Shown: positions 17,772 to 26,945 of the stretch, piece by piece
Numbering within the stretch: position 1 is the stretch's first letter
Layout: the number at the start of each line of letters is the position of its first letter
Assembly: GCA_964426185.1 (NCBI GenBank)
Contig: CAYRPF010000028.1
Coordinates: 1-32,000 of the forward strand
Direction: 5' to 3'
Length of the DNA: 32,000 nucleotides
Origin: an uncultured archaeon
GTDB taxonomy: Archaea > Asgardarchaeota > Lokiarchaeia > Sigyniarchaeales > Promethearchaeaceae
Position numbers and translations under genes: made by a program
The notes under the pieces: model-generated
The model's input: only the letters and a program-made list of their open reading frames with translations
What the model was told of the DNA's origin: nothing
Database searches by the model: none

Positions 17772-19223
17772 TCAACGATAAGCATCAAAACGGGGATTTG
17801 GCTCTAATTTTTTCATCATTTCTTTCAATCCCGGCTCTACCCCTTGTAATAACATATACCCCTTGTTAGGTTCTCTATTGGTGATTTCTCCCCTCAAGTT
17901 GGTGGTCATAATCTTTCTTACTTCTTCATAATTGCGTGTTTGCCCAAGTGTCCAAATCATTTTGGCATAAGCTGCGGAAGGCAACATGTTTGCACCCTCA
18001 ATCACCCCACGCGCCAACATATCACGCCCTGTTTCATAAACTCGTAGATTTGTAAAACCAAAAAGGGGTTCAACCACAATTGCCACTGGTATTTCTTCTT
18101 CTTGGGCTCGCTCTAATGCCTTAAAAAGATATGAACTAACATGTCCAAGTCCTGTTCCAATTATAACCATTCCATGATACTGCTTATCAATCACTGAGTG
18201 AATCAAATCTTCATCCATTCCAGGATAGAAATAAAGCATTGCCACTCGTTCATCGATTTTATCGTTCAACCATGTATCTTCAATATTTCCCCGCCGCTTT
18301 ACATCATCCTTCAGCCAAGTGATATTCTGATTGGCATCAATATAACCTAAAGGCATATCACTTAAAGTTCTAAATGCATCACGACGACTAGAGTGCATTT
18401 TTCTAACCCGAGTGCCTCGATGAATGAGGTTGTAGGAGTCGCTGGTGTTTCCGTGCATGGATACAACTACTTCTGCCAAGTCTGCATGGCCAGCAATGGT
18501 ACTTGCATCAATAATATTTAATGGGCCATCGCTGGAAGGACGATCGCTGCTTCGCTGTGAACCTACGCAAACGATGGGACGGGCAAGATCTTGAAACATG
18601 AAAGAAAGAGCAGAGGCAGTATATGCCATTGTATCAGTTCCATGACCGATAATCACACCATCTGCCCCATTTTCAAACTCTTTCATTATTTCCCTTGCAG
18701 TTTTAACCCAATATTCGGGTTTGAAATTTTCACTTAAAATTCCATAGATTTTTTTTGGTGTGAGGTTACAAATATTCATTAATTCGGGAACAGCAGAAAA
18801 TAGTTCCTCGGGGGTAAATGCAGGTAATACGGCACCGGTACGGTAGTCTAAACGACTTGCCACCGTTCCACCCGTTCCTAAAAGCGTGACATTAGGTAGT
18901 CCCGGTTTAAACTGGACGTTGACTTTGGGTAATTTATATGTCCCTTTCCGATAACCCAATTCTTCAATGTGACAATCATCGGTGATTCTCACACCCACAT
19001 TATATCCCGTATCTACTTTAATTACCAAGTAATCTTCAGAAGTATGTTCACTTCGCGGTAAAATGACACCTTCATATTCAGCTTTACCTCGAGTAACTTT
19101 TACCACACTCCAAACACCTACTCCTTCTTTAAGTAAGCGTTCTCGGAGTTTTCCCCTATAGCCGGTTGGTTCTTTCTGTAATGATTTTGATGAATCAGAT
19201 GTTTTAGTATTCGGTTCGGTCAT
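17772..19223 (-). CDS. gatD: Glu-tRNA(Gln) amidotransferase subunit D (paralog 1)
   Basis: GatD N-terminal domain (GVILPR...TGYNVGV), GTGGTVASRLDYRTGAV, HGTDTM, GSQRSSDRPSSD, RVRKMHSSRRDAF. Confidence 0.95.
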   Translation of the reverse strand: MTEPNTKTSDSSKSLQKEPTGYRGKLRERLLKEGVGVWSVVKVTRGKAEYEGVILPRSEHTSEDYLVIKVDTGYNVGVRITDDCHIEELGYRKGTYKLPKVNVQFKPGLPNVTLLGTGGTVASRLDYRTGAVLPAFTPEELFSAVPELMNICNLTPKKIYGILSENFKPEYWVKTAREIMKEFENGADGVIIGHGTDTMAYTASALSFMFQDLARPIVCVGSQRSSDRPSSDGPLNIIDASTIAGHADLAEVVVSMHGNTSDSYNLIHRGTRVRKMHSSRRDAFRTLSDMPLGYIDANQNITWLKDDVKRRGNIEDTWLNDKIDERVAMLYFYPGMDEDLIHSVIDKQYHGMVIIGTGLGHVSSYLFKALERAQEEEIPVAIVVEPLFGFTNLRVYETGRDMLARGVIEGANMLPSAAYAKMIWTLGQTRNYEEVRKIMTTNLRGEITNREPNKGYMLLQGVEPGLKEMMKKLEPNPRFDAYR

Positions 19224-19226
19224 TTT

Positions 19227-21206
19227 TTATAACCCCCCTTGTAGCTTATTATTAACAAACTCTGCTACTTGATTTCCAGGAAGTGCATGATTAATCTTTC
19301 TCATAATTATACCGATTAATTGATTCGATTTATAATTCAATATATCTTCTTTTGATAAATGCTTTAGAACTTCTTTTTTCTTCGATTTAGCTTCAAAATT
19401 TTTGTAAACTTCTAAAGCATATAGGTATTCTTGTTCCAACTGTTCCTCAGACAAATCTTTTGTGCCGAATGCTTCTAATAATTGATCTAAAGTTAGTTCT
19501 GGATGATTCAAGGTAGAAATGACTAAATTGGGCAATATTGACCAATCAAAGTTCTTATCTTGTGCGCCCTTTAATAACTCGATAATTTTCTCATCAGAAA
19601 GCTTATCGATTTTTATACCATCCCGTTTTAAGCCCAATAAACTATCTTCTAAGAAGTAATATGCTCGTTTAATGGGAATTTTATGTTCATTAACTAAGTT
19701 TTCAAAAAGAATAATATGATCATGTCGAATTAGCTGTGTCAATTGATCGAAAGTTATTCTTGATTTTCCACAATACATTTTTTCATATTCCCACGGCCGT
19801 TTTCCTACTTTAACCACCAATTTTGAAATCGCTTCCATATCCATATCTAGGACAGGTGTATCAGTATCTGGATACAATCGCTCTTTTCCATGAATTACTC
19901 GGAGAAATTCGGAATTTCCATTAGGCAAAGCACGGCGAGTTTCTTGAGGTACTCCATCAAAGGCTATTTTAATGCGTTCAATTACCTTTTTCATGGCGTG
20001 AATTGCCCATTTTTGAGAACCTAAAGCCAAAACATAAGCATCTTCACCGGAACAACTCAAGGTTTTAGCGATTTCTTGACGACGATTTTGATCTATTAAT
20101 GGTTTAAAGAAATTTCCTTGTGAATTAATGGGGGAATTAAACATATCTGAATGATAAAGATTCCAAATGGGAATACCACTGATAAGCGAAGCTTTCTCCA
20201 AAATATCTTGGCCAAAATCTTTTCCTGGCTGTTCTTCCTTTCCTAGTATTCCAGCTAATTTAGGTAGTCGAATTCCCATCACAATGGAATTTTCGGGAAT
20301 ATCTTGGAAATGATGGGTAATATCTATGTAAGTGTGCTCAAAATTATCCTTTTTTAAACCTCTTTGCTGAAGTTCTTGTGCAATTTCAATTAGGGTCTCT
20401 TGACGGCACACCTCATATCGGCAGAGCTTCTCAAAATTATCTAAATCTTGCACTCCTTTTAATTCAACTCGATCTCCTCCAGTAATACTGATATTTACAT
20501 CTTGGCGAACAGTTCCGATTCCTCTGCGCCCGATTCCGCTTAATCGTAAAACAAGACCAATAGTTTTAGCGGTTTTAATTAATTCTGCAGGATTGGAAAC
20601 ATCTCGATGATCAGTAATTACTTCAACTAAAGGAATGCCTAGACGATCTAAGTTGTAATAAACTGTTCTGCCATTATTTTCCGTTTTAATTTTACGTGCA
20701 CTGTCTTCTTCCACTGTAAGATTGGTGATCTTTACTTTTTTGCCATCCACCTCTACCCAACCATCACGAGCAACAATAGTAGTCCGTTGAAAACCGGTAG
20801 TGATGCTTCCATCAAGATACTGCTTTCGGGCAAAAATAATTTCATCCACCATAGCTTGACAGTTCAACCAATGAGCGAGTTCATATCCTCTCATCAAAGC
20901 CTCTACATCCGGATGCATGGGCGGCTGTTCATCTTGTTCATAAATACAATCGCATTTTTCAAAAGCATGATAGATCACCCGATACCCTTTCTCATATTCA
21001 ATGAGCATCCCAGGATCGAAGTCACCCATTTCACCCAACACTGGTCGAAAGTATCGTTCAAAGCGATAATCTGGTTTTGTTGAATTTGGGATCATAATTG
21101 GGGGGCAATGGCAGAAAAGTTTGCGTTTTGAGTTAATTTGATGATGGATTTCTAAACCAGCATGAAACCCAATTTTTTGAAAATCAATATTATTTGGATC
21201 TAGCAT
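19227..21206 (-). CDS. gatE: Glu-tRNA(Gln) amidotransferase subunit E (paralog 1)
   Basis: GLEIHHQ, KLFCHCP, DGSITTGFQRT, EEDSAR, LDRLGIPLVEV, GTVRQDVNISI, RVELKGVQ, RLYPDTD. Confidence 0.95.
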   Translation of the reverse strand: MLDPNNIDFQKIGFHAGLEIHHQINSKRKLFCHCPPIMIPNSTKPDYRFERYFRPVLGEMGDFDPGMLIEYEKGYRVIYHAFEKCDCIYEQDEQPPMHPDVEALMRGYELAHWLNCQAMVDEIIFARKQYLDGSITTGFQRTTIVARDGWVEVDGKKVKITNLTVEEDSARKIKTENNGRTVYYNLDRLGIPLVEVITDHRDVSNPAELIKTAKTIGLVLRLSGIGRRGIGTVRQDVNISITGGDRVELKGVQDLDNFEKLCRYEVCRQETLIEIAQELQQRGLKKDNFEHTYIDITHHFQDIPENSIVMGIRLPKLAGILGKEEQPGKDFGQDILEKASLISGIPIWNLYHSDMFNSPINSQGNFFKPLIDQNRRQEIAKTLSCSGEDAYVLALGSQKWAIHAMKKVIERIKIAFDGVPQETRRALPNGNSEFLRVIHGKERLYPDTDTPVLDMDMEAISKLVVKVGKRPWEYEKMYCGKSRITFDQLTQLIRHDHIILFENLVNEHKIPIKRAYYFLEDSLLGLKRDGIKIDKLSDEKIIELLKGAQDKNFDWSILPNLVISTLNHPELTLDQLLEAFGTKDLSEEQLEQEYLYALEVYKNFEAKSKKKEVLKHLSKEDILNYKSNQLIGIIMRKINHALPGNQVAEFVNNKLQGGL

Positions 21207-21215
21207 TATTATTCA

Positions 21216-21278
21216 CAAAAACCACTAAACTGAATTATTTGAGTTAAGAACGGAACCTTTTTGAAGTCGTGGTTTTTG
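21216..21278 (-). promoter_or_regulatory. 10-bp perfect inverted repeat in the gatE1 leader
   Basis: CAAAAACCAC at 21216-21225 and GTGGTTTTTG at 21269-21278, 43-nt loop; the proximal arm ends 10 nt before the ATG. Confidence 0.4.
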
Positions 21279-21305
21279 CAAGGAGCACGGGAAGAAAATG
21301 GGATG

Positions 21306-21716
21306 TTAACATAATTGAAATTCAGAAAATTTCGTGTTGATTAATACATCTATCTTCTTTTTAAGCAAGTCTACATCGAAATTTGAAACATTAAGGATAC
21401 CTTTATTCTCTATATAAATCGTAGTGGCGATCTCCCTCAATCTTTTTAAATCACAATTATCCTTTAAATAGAAGACGAAATAGATGGCTTTTTTCTGAAA
21501 ATATAAATTTTTGGCAATCACAACCATATAGGTTAGATCTACACCAGAACCGAATGAAATGGTGGCTATATCTTGATGAAAGAGTTTTTGTCCCAAACTT
21601 CCTATAGCCGAAACCATTCCGCTAAGAAGCACACCATTAATTTCGGGAAATCCTGCGAATGTGCGTGTAAAAAAAGGAAATCCTCGTGAATCACAAATTT
21701 GTAGGCATAAAATCAT
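21306..21716 (-). CDS. Stand-alone longin-like domain protein (Asgard eukaryotic signature type)
   Basis: Pattern ILCLQICDSRGFPFFTRTF...LLSGMVSAIGSLGQKLF, then three beta strands and two helices, fits longin topology. Confidence 0.7.
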   Translation of the reverse strand: MILCLQICDSRGFPFFTRTFAGFPEINGVLLSGMVSAIGSLGQKLFHQDIATISFGSGVDLTYMVVIAKNLYFQKKAIYFVFYLKDNCDLKRLREIATTIYIENKGILNVSNFDVDLLKKKIDVLINTKFSEFQLC

Positions 21717-21836
21717 AAAATCTCTAAGAGATTAAAGGAAACGCACCCAAATTAATTTAATCGATTTGGAAGCATTAAAAATGAAGCATTTATTCGGAAT
21801 ATCAAATTATAAAAATTTTTGACACCTTTAGTTCAT

Positions 21837-23828
21837 ATGGGAAAATCGATAGACTATGCCGCAGTCGGGCTTAAATGTGGGATTGAAATCCACCAACAAT
21901 TGAATTCTGCCACTAAACTCTTTTGTGCTTGCCCAAATCAACTACAAGGCACCCGAGATCCAGATTTCAGAATTTTAAGAAAACAAAGACCAGTTTTAGG
22001 GGAAGAAGGGAAATTTGACGAAGGTATGCTGTCTGAATTTTTGAAAGGTGGTTCAGTCATTTACGAAGGATATTATGATTGCACCTGCACTTACGAACTT
22101 GATGAAACTCCTCCGTTTGCATGCGATGAAGAATGCATTGATATTGCACTGGAGATTTGTGCGCTTTTTAAAATGGATATCGTCAGAGAAATGCATGTAT
22201 GTCGAAAAAATTATGTAGATGGAAGTGTGCCGGCTGGGTTCCAGAGAACCATGGAAATCGGCCAAAATGGCAGATTAACCTTAAAAAACGGGGAAGAAAT
22301 CGGAATTGAAAATATATTTTTAGAAGAAGATGCCGCCCGTCGAATAAAAACTGAAGGAAAAATCTCATATTTTCGAGTTGATCGATTAGGAATTCCTTTG
22401 GTCGAAATAACTACTACTCCAGACATCCATGATCCAGAAGATGCACGAGAAACGGCCTATCGCATTGGTTTATTATTGCGTTCCACAAACAAAGTCAAAA
22501 ATATAATTGGTTCCACTCGTCAAGATATAAATGTCTCGATTGCAGGAGGAAAACGTATAGAAATTAAGGGTGTCCAGAAATTAGATTGGATACCGTTATT
22601 AATCCAGAATGAAGTTCTCCGACAGCAGAAACTGATTGAAATTAAGGACAAATTGAAGCAAAAATCATTCTCAGCCACAGATATCAAGAACAAACCCGTG
22701 GATTTAACCAATGTTTTTCAAAAAACCAATTGCAAATTTGTTAAAGCAGGGATAAAACGAAAAGAAAAATTAATAGGTTTGAAAATTCCTGGTTTTAAAG
22801 GCATATTTGGAACGGAAGTCCTACCAAATCGTCGATTCGGAACAGAAGTTGCCGATAAAGTAAAAGTAATTACTGGTTTAAAGGGTCTTATTCATTCAGA
22901 CGAACCATTAATTGAGAAATATCAGTTTTCTGAAGAAGAAATAGAACAAGCTAATCAAAAATTGGAAATTAATGAGGGAGATCTATTTATCTTATTACTC
23001 GCAAAAGGAAAAGCTTTAGAAACCGCCCTTAATGTGATTATTGAACGTTGTAAACAAGCATACATCGGTGTTCCTGAAGAGACTAGGCAAGCCCAAGAAG
23101 ATGGTATTCATGTTTTTCTGAGGGAATTGGGAGGCGAAAAAAGGTTATATCCAGATACAGATACTCCTCCAATAATCCTTTCTGAAAATCGTATCAATGC
23201 CTTTGAAGATAAGTTACCTCTTTATCCATGGGATGTCATTAAGATTTACTCTAAAAAATATCAGCTCGAAGAATTTCTCATTGAAGATTTAATAATGACG
23301 GGTAAACTTCCGCTATTTGATGAGTTAATTACAAAGTATCCTGATAATCCCATGTTAATTGTCCGAGCCATAACCGATATGGTTAAAGTTTTACATCGCG
23401 AAGAAAAAGATACTAATAATTTGCACCCCAATCATTATCATCAAATATTTAAGGGTTTAAAGGAGGAAATCATTGCAAAAGAAGCTATTCAGAAAATACT
23501 ACGGGTCTGGTGTGATGAGCCTAATTTACCTTTAACTCGAGCGAAAGCTAAAGCGGGAGTTCAATCGGTAAATGAGTCAAAATTAGACGAAATTATTACA
23601 GATCTCGTTAGGAAAAATCAAGATCTTATCAAATCACGAGGACGGGGAGCAGTGGGGCCATTAATGGGTGATTTAATGAAGATTGTGGGTAGAGGGTCGA
23701 TAGATGGGAAAATTTTATCATCCAAATTAAGCCAAGCAATCAGTAAAATCCTCCCAAATTCTCAAACAACTCCAAAGAAGAAAAAGGAAAAAAAAAATAC
23801 TACAAAATCAAAGAAGGTGAAAAACTAA
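21837..23828 (+). CDS. gatE: Glu-tRNA(Gln) amidotransferase subunit E (paralog 2)
   Basis: GLKCGIEIHQQL, KLFCACP, DGSVPAGFQRT, LEEDAAR, DRLGIPLVEI, RQDINVSI, RIEIKGVQ, RLYPDTD, YqeY-like GPLMGDLM. ATG at 21837 preferred over TTG at 21819. Confidence 0.95.
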   Translation: MGKSIDYAAVGLKCGIEIHQQLNSATKLFCACPNQLQGTRDPDFRILRKQRPVLGEEGKFDEGMLSEFLKGGSVIYEGYYDCTCTYELDETPPFACDEECIDIALEICALFKMDIVREMHVCRKNYVDGSVPAGFQRTMEIGQNGRLTLKNGEEIGIENIFLEEDAARRIKTEGKISYFRVDRLGIPLVEITTTPDIHDPEDARETAYRIGLLLRSTNKVKNIIGSTRQDINVSIAGGKRIEIKGVQKLDWIPLLIQNEVLRQQKLIEIKDKLKQKSFSATDIKNKPVDLTNVFQKTNCKFVKAGIKRKEKLIGLKIPGFKGIFGTEVLPNRRFGTEVADKVKVITGLKGLIHSDEPLIEKYQFSEEEIEQANQKLEINEGDLFILLLAKGKALETALNVIIERCKQAYIGVPEETRQAQEDGIHVFLRELGGEKRLYPDTDTPPIILSENRINAFEDKLPLYPWDVIKIYSKKYQLEEFLIEDLIMTGKLPLFDELITKYPDNPMLIVRAITDMVKVLHREEKDTNNLHPNHYHQIFKGLKEEIIAKEAIQKILRVWCDEPNLPLTRAKAKAGVQSVNESKLDEIITDLVRKNQDLIKSRGRGAVGPLMGDLMKIVGRGSIDGKILSSKLSQAISKILPNSQTTPKKKKEKKNTTKSKKVKN

Positions 23829-23829
23829 G

Positions 23830-25218
23830 ATGACTAGCCAAACTCAAGAATTTTACAGTGGTTATAAGCCTCAAACCATTAAAATTATGCAAAAATTTGA
23901 TGTAAAGATTTGGGATCGAATTGAAATTACCACCTCCAAAGGAAAAGCCCAAGGTGTGGTTCTTCCCCGCAATAAATTTGCCCCCGATGGTTTTATTGAA
24001 ATAAAACTCAAAAATGGATACAATATTGGTATTCCTGTGGATGAATCTTCTAATATCAAAGTATTGGGAACTGTGCCTCCGATGAAAGTATCATTTGAAC
24101 AAAAAACTCTTCCACACAACAAAAAACTTCCCACAGTAAAATTAATTGGGACGGGAGGGACAATCGCTTCCCGCTTGGATTATACTACAGGTGCGGTAAT
24201 TCCCGCATTTGAACCAGGAGAATTATTTACTGCAGTGCCAGAATTAGCTGAGATCAGTAATATAGAGACTGAGGTGGTATTTCAACTTCTTTCGGAGAAT
24301 TTATCCCCCCAGAACTGGCTTGAATTGGCAAAAAAAATTGTTTCTATAGCGAAATCGGAAATTGATGGAATCATAATTGCTCATGGAACCGATACTTTAA
24401 GTTTCACGGCCGCAGCTTTATCCTTTTTGTTAAAAAATGTTTCTATTCCAATTGTACTGGTTGGATCCCAGCGCTCAAGCGATCGACCTTCTTCAGATGC
24501 TGCCTTAAACTTGATTAATGCCGTAAAAGTTGCTAGTGAAGCCAATTTAGGAGAAGTCGTTGTCTGTATGTTGGGTTCATCAGCGCATGATTACGGTTTT
24601 ATTCACCGGGGTACCAGAGTTCGTAAGATGCATTCATCCGCGCGCCACACTTTTCGATCGATTGGAGCATCTCCTCTGGGGATGGTACGAAATCAGATAA
24701 TTACCTATTTTAGTCCTGATTATAATCCCAGAAATAAGAATAATCTCAGTAAAATGGATTTTTGGCCGAAAATTGAAGATAAAGTGGCTTTAATTTATTC
24801 ACATCCTGGTATGCAAAGCGATGTTTTAGATTTTTATATCAATAACGGATATAAGGGCATTGTTTTTGCTGGTTCAGGATTAGGACATTTACCAAAAACG
24901 ATGTTTCCTGCTTTGAAGCGGGCGCAGCAAGCTGAAATTCCCGTTCTAATGACTGTCCAAACTATTTGGGGTTATACTGGAATGGATGTGTATGAAAGTG
25001 GTCGAGAATTACTGGAATTGGGGGTAATTCCCGGAAAAAATATGTTACCTGAGGTGGCTTTTGCTAAAATGTGCTGGGCTTTGGGAAATTTCGAAGGATA
25101 CAATAAGGTTAAAGAAATCTTAACCACCAACATTGCGGGAGAAATCACTCTGGGAGAACCGATGAATGGATTTATGGTGCTACAAGGGGTAGAAGATAAG
25201 ATACTACCCTTAAAATAA
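23830..25218 (+). CDS. gatD: Glu-tRNA(Gln) amidotransferase subunit D (paralog 2)
   Basis: GVVLPR...KNGYNIGI, GTGGTIASRLDYTTGAV, HGTDTL, GSQRSSDRPSSD, RVRKMHSS. Starts 1 nt after the gatE2 stop. Confidence 0.95.
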   Translation: MTSQTQEFYSGYKPQTIKIMQKFDVKIWDRIEITTSKGKAQGVVLPRNKFAPDGFIEIKLKNGYNIGIPVDESSNIKVLGTVPPMKVSFEQKTLPHNKKLPTVKLIGTGGTIASRLDYTTGAVIPAFEPGELFTAVPELAEISNIETEVVFQLLSENLSPQNWLELAKKIVSIAKSEIDGIIIAHGTDTLSFTAAALSFLLKNVSIPIVLVGSQRSSDRPSSDAALNLINAVKVASEANLGEVVVCMLGSSAHDYGFIHRGTRVRKMHSSARHTFRSIGASPLGMVRNQIITYFSPDYNPRNKNNLSKMDFWPKIEDKVALIYSHPGMQSDVLDFYINNGYKGIVFAGSGLGHLPKTMFPALKRAQQAEIPVLMTVQTIWGYTGMDVYESGRELLELGVIPGKNMLPEVAFAKMCWALGNFEGYNKVKEILTTNIAGEITLGEPMNGFMVLQGVEDKILPLK

Positions 25219-25316
25219 CTTTTTTTTATTTATTTCACCCTATTACTTCATCCTCATTAGCAATTAGAATAAATCAGAAAAAAGAGTGAGAAGCAGGAAA
25301 AGTGGGAAAAAATGGA

Positions 25317-26615
25317 TTAAGGGGTATTTCGATTCATTACCCTGGGATATGCAATAGTATCTCGAATATGATCTAATTTTCCCACCCAGCGAAGTAGTCT
25401 TTCGATTCCTAAACCAAAACCTGAATGAGGTACGCTTCCGTACCGGCGTAAATCTAAATACCATTGATAATCTTCGATATCTGAGCCGTCTCGCTTAAGA
25501 TTAAAGATAATATTGTCAATGTCATCCTCGCGCTGACTGGATCCAATAATTTCACCATAACCTTCAGGTGCTAATAAATCGTTGCATTCCGCGTATTTCC
25601 CATCCAAAGTTTTCATATAAAATGCTTTAATATCTCGAGGAAAATGAGTTATATGAATTGGGGCTGTAAGATCCTCGGTTAAGGCACGTTCGTGATGGGT
25701 TCCAAAATCTTCACCCCACTCGATAGGCACACCCTTATTTTGAATGCGTTCCACAGCTTCATCGTAGCGGATTCGGTCAAATGGTGGTTCGATTTTTAAT
25801 AATTCTTCAGGATCGCGGCCCAATTCCTTCAAATCTCGGGATACTTCCTTAGCTGCGTGATGAATCATGGAAGTAACCAATCCATCTTCCAAATTAATTA
25901 TTCCCTCCAAATCCACAAACGCAGCTTCAGCTTCCAAATGCCAGTATTCTGCCAGATGACGAGTAGTACGAGATTTTTCTGCTCGAAAACTGGGTGTCAA
26001 AGAGTAAACTTTTTGATGAGCAAAAATTAAGGATTCTAAATACAATTGAGCGGATTGAGAAAGATAAGCTGGTTTACCGAAATACTTAATTTCGAAAAGG
26101 GTGCTTCCTCCTTCACAAGAACTTCCTGTAATTATGGGAGGAAACATTTCCCAATAGCCTTGCTCTTTGAAATAAGCCCGAGCACCTTCCAATAATGCAG
26201 CTTTAACCCGAAAACTACTGGTAAGTTTTTGACTCCGGACCCAAAGATGGCGATTGTCCAAGAGAAAGGCTTCACTTTGATCCTTTGAAATCGGAAATGG
26301 TTCTGCCTGATGAATGAGTTTGTATTCTGAAATTTTTAACTCATATCCGTTTGGTGCTCGTTCATCTGGTTGAATTTTGCCACCTACCCAAAGTGAAGAT
26401 TCATACCGAATTCCACAGATATCTTCAAATTTTTCAAGTTTAAAATCTGAAGCTTTGGCAGTGCATTGTAAAATACCCGTTCCGTCTCGAATAATTATGA
26501 ATGCAATTTTCTTACTGTTCCGTTGGCGATATACCCAACCACGGACCCGGACTTCTTTTCCCGCAAATTCTGGTGATATCACTTCTTCAATACGATAGAA
26601 TTTTTTTTCTTCCAT
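25317..26615 (-). CDS. asnS: Asparaginyl-tRNA synthetase (archaeal type)
   Basis: OB-fold (VRGWV, IRDGTG), motif 2 FRAEKSRTTRHLAEYWHLEAE (AsnRS-type rather than AspRS-type), GEIIGSSQRE, motif 3 PHSGFGLGIER. Confidence 0.95.
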   Translation of the reverse strand: MEEKKFYRIEEVISPEFAGKEVRVRGWVYRQRNSKKIAFIIIRDGTGILQCTAKASDFKLEKFEDICGIRYESSLWVGGKIQPDERAPNGYELKISEYKLIHQAEPFPISKDQSEAFLLDNRHLWVRSQKLTSSFRVKAALLEGARAYFKEQGYWEMFPPIITGSSCEGGSTLFEIKYFGKPAYLSQSAQLYLESLIFAHQKVYSLTPSFRAEKSRTTRHLAEYWHLEAEAAFVDLEGIINLEDGLVTSMIHHAAKEVSRDLKELGRDPEELLKIEPPFDRIRYDEAVERIQNKGVPIEWGEDFGTHHERALTEDLTAPIHITHFPRDIKAFYMKTLDGKYAECNDLLAPEGYGEIIGSSQREDDIDNIIFNLKRDGSDIEDYQWYLDLRRYGSVPHSGFGLGIERLLRWVGKLDHIRDTIAYPRVMNRNTP

Positions 26616-26815
26616 ATATCGTTCACAAGGTAAAATTAAGGTTGCTAATTAACATTTACGAGAAATAATATGAATGGATATTGTGTTCAACATTTTTATC
26701 GTGACGATCCGATGCATCATTGTACCAAATGGAATTTCACATTCTACTTTTCTCCCCATTTATAGGAATGGAATAATTTTACTTATTTAGAAATACCTGG
26801 AATCGGGGTGATAAC

Positions 26816-26941
26816 ATGACTCGAAAAAATATGAAAATTTATCGGATCGCCAAAGATTTTGTGGAACAAACTAGCGGAATTGAGCGAGAATTAGATGATA
26901 TGAAGAGAAATCTGCACAGGACTTATTTGTTTTTCTTCTAA
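26816..26941 (+). CDS. Putative 41-aa small protein
   Basis: MTRKNMKIYRIAKDFVEQTSGIERELDDMKRNLHRTYLFFF; SD GGGGTGA 4 nt upstream; stops 4 nt from the convergent gene. Not in the ORF track. Confidence 0.5.
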   Translation: MTRKNMKIYRIAKDFVEQTSGIERELDDMKRNLHRTYLFFF

Positions 26942-26945
26942 TTAT

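Noticed and set aside
17772-25218. The gatED mirror as a recent inverted duplication or assembly artefact
   Set aside because: The paralogs differ extensively in protein sequence and I saw no long nucleotide identity between the arms.
25317-26615. Non-discriminating AspRS instead of AsnRS
   Set aside because: Motif 2 (RAEKSRT.RHL.E.WH.E.E) and EIIG.SQRE are AsnRS-type.
26674-26790. 38-aa ORF MDIVFNIFIVTIRC... divergent from asnS
   Set aside because: No SD or motif, and it lies in the probable promoter region.
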